A stretch of 46,212 nucleotides of DNA, taken from IMG/VR virus record IMGVR_UViG_3300045285_000042, positions 1-46,212 of that record. The stretch is one strand, 5' to 3'. Made by a program: the position numbers and the translations under genes. Positions 44,800 through 46,212 of this stretch are shown piece by piece; positions within the stretch are counted from its first letter, which is position 1, and each line of letters opens with the position of its first letter. The notes under the pieces are model-generated. The model was not told the DNA's origin. It worked only from the letters and a program-made list of their open reading frames with translations, and ran no database searches. The DNA is from a virus. Taxonomy: Duplodnaviria > Caudoviricetes.

Positions 44800-45064
44800 G
44801 ACAGACGCAGAGCTTGTGATCCGAGAGTGCCAGCTATGTTGCAAGCAGATCGATCCACCCGCATTGCTGTGCCGACATTGCAGACGCAGCCAGCGATCCG
44901 ACGCAAGCCTAGCAGCCTCCTACCTTGGCTCGCTCAGCAAAGGCATACCAAAGCGGATTACGCCAGCAGAAAGCCAGAGGCGCAGCGACAGGCTGGCTGA
45001 GGCAAGGAAAAAAAGATGGGCAAAGCCAAGATTAACTGAACGAAACACTAAAGCGAATGTCTGA
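44786..45064 (+). CDS. Zinc finger plus basic helical protein
   Basis: CQLC...CRHC, then AASYLGSLSKG..K.ITPAE..RR...A.ARKKRW. Confidence 0.65.
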   Translation: MQTNKTDAELVIRECQLCCKQIDPPALLCRHCRRSQRSDASLAASYLGSLSKGIPKRITPAESQRRSDRLAEARKKRWAKPRLTERNTKANV

Positions 45065-45070
45065 TATAGC
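45036..45070 (+). promoter_or_regulatory. Repeated 35-bp promoter-like element
   Basis: CTGAACgaaacaCTAAAGCGaatgTCTGATataGC then ATG. Confidence 0.65.
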
Positions 45071-45271
45071 ATGAAAACAAAACTATTAGCAGAACCGAAC
45101 CACATCAAGCGCGTCTATGTCCGAACCTACTCGGACAGCGGGCAGGTGACAGTCTATGTCGAATGGGCAAGCGGAGCGCGAACCGAAGGCCCGCAAGACA
45201 ACGTGCATATACAGCAGTTGCTCGCAAGGGCAGACCGCGAGGGCGTCGAATTTGAGCGGGAGATATGGTAA
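45071..45271 (+). CDS. Hypothetical early protein
   Basis: Directly preceded by the 35-bp element. Confidence 0.75.
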   Translation: MKTKLLAEPNHIKRVYVRTYSDSGQVTVYVEWASGARTEGPQDNVHIQQLLARADREGVEFEREIW

Positions 45272-45404
45272 TGTTTGCGCCATCTACATCAGTATCAATT
45301 TGGCTTCTGGTTGTTTTCGCGTTGCTTTGCTGCGGGGCAGTCGCTTGGCTGCTTGCCATATAAAAAGCTTGCAGCCCTAGCCAAGCTTGGCGCATAATAA
45401 TAGG

Positions 45405-46001
45405 ATGAGCGAGAAGTACGGCAGGCTCACGGTATTACAGAAAAGCCCTACACTGTGGGCTTGCCAATGCGATTGCGGCACGCTATGCGAGAAGCGCCCG
45501 CCACTGGTTACATTGTTCCCCGAAACATCGTCGTGCGGTTGCCTGATGCGCGAGGCCAGTGGCCGGATACGGCAAGAGGCCAAAGACCGCGCACAGCAAC
45601 GGCACACAGAAGCCCGCAACGCCAAGCTAGAGCGACAAGCCAAGCGCGAAGCACAGAAGGCCCGCAGGCGCGAGCTAAACGGCACTTACGCAAGCTGGTA
45701 CGCCATGCACAACCGTTGCTACGATGCTTATTGCAAATCTTATCGCTGGTATGGCGCAAGAGGCATTCAAGTCTGCGACCGCTGGCACAGGCGCAGTAAA
45801 GACGGATTCAATAACTTCGCCGCAGACATGGGCAAACGCCCGCAAGGCTATTCGATCGAGCGCGTGAATTGCAACGGGAACTATACGCCCGGTAACTGCA
45901 AATGGATTCCCCGCAACGATCAGCCTAAGAACACGCGCAGGACAGGCCGCACTAAAACGCGCAAGTTAGTGCTCGAAATTAAATCGCTAGTTTATACCTA
46001 A
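45405..46001 (+). CDS. HNH homing-endonuclease-like protein (paralogue of 5522-6064)
   Basis: KYGRLTV..W.CQCDCG..SCGC, SWYAMHNRC, YGARGIQVCDRW, SIERVNCNGNYTPGNCKW. Confidence 0.88.
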   Translation: MSEKYGRLTVLQKSPTLWACQCDCGTLCEKRPPLVTLFPETSSCGCLMREASGRIRQEAKDRAQQRHTEARNAKLERQAKREAQKARRRELNGTYASWYAMHNRCYDAYCKSYRWYGARGIQVCDRWHRRSKDGFNNFAADMGKRPQGYSIERVNCNGNYTPGNCKWIPRNDQPKNTRRTGRTKTRKLVLEIKSLVYT

Positions 46002-46085
46002 CGAGCGCCTAGCGTAGAGGCCTGTTTTCGTGGGTGGGGTGTTTAGTTAGTTCGCAAAACCATTTCGTTGCCGCCCTCCCCATGC

Positions 46086-46212
46086 TTGCCCTACAGTGTG
46101 AGCGTGACAGAGGACTTCCAGCTTAAGCAATACGTAGACACAAAGCTGGCCAAGATAGCCTCAAGCAAAGGCCAAAGCCGCACAGCCAGCCTAGCTGAGA
46201 CAGCCACGCACA
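46086..46212. repeat. Terminal direct repeat, copy 2
   Basis: TTGCCCTACAGTGTG...GCCACGCACA is identical to 1-127. Confidence 0.95.

Noticed and set aside
1-46085. Alternative genetic code, tRNA genes, introns or inteins
   Set aside because: Core genes are full length under code 11 with all three stop codons in use. I saw no cloverleaf, split core gene or intein motif by eye.
46086-46212. Biological direct terminal repeat
   Set aside because: It is exactly 127 bp and falls inside a coding region, so it is better explained as assembler k-mer overlap. It supports circularity only.

Overview
The window is an apparently complete, circular tailed-phage genome of about 46,085 bp. Bases 1-127 recur exactly at 46086-46212, which looks like an assembly overlap. 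The plus strand (about 43.5 kb through the junction to 11.5 kb) holds early and replication genes: a DUF3631-type P-loop protein, a DEDD/RNase H-like exonuclease, a PD-(D/E)xK nuclease, an SSB-like protein, a resolvase-like nuclease, HNH and GIY-YIG endonucleases, and many small ORFs. The minus strand (42.3 to 11.5 kb) holds a podovirus-like late block: TerS, tail fibre, glycoside hydrolase and esterase, lysis genes and a glycosyltransferase, TerL, portal, scaffold, major capsid, tail adaptor and nozzle, and ejection proteins. I recognised no integrase, DNA polymerase, reverse transcriptase, tRNA or CRISPR array. The most unusual signals are four. (i) An array of small genes at 8.4-11.1 kb is built from unrelated variable segments bounded by nucleotide-conserved in-frame repeats (ATGE-WTxE ... 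NAALAAE). (ii) An early gene carries a diverged copy of the N-terminus of the phage's own major capsid protein. (iii) A free-standing copy of the replication protein's C-terminal domain sits beside an origin-like repeat region. (iv) A 35-bp promoter-like element is repeated immediately before several start codons. All product calls come from motif recognition by eye, not from database searches.
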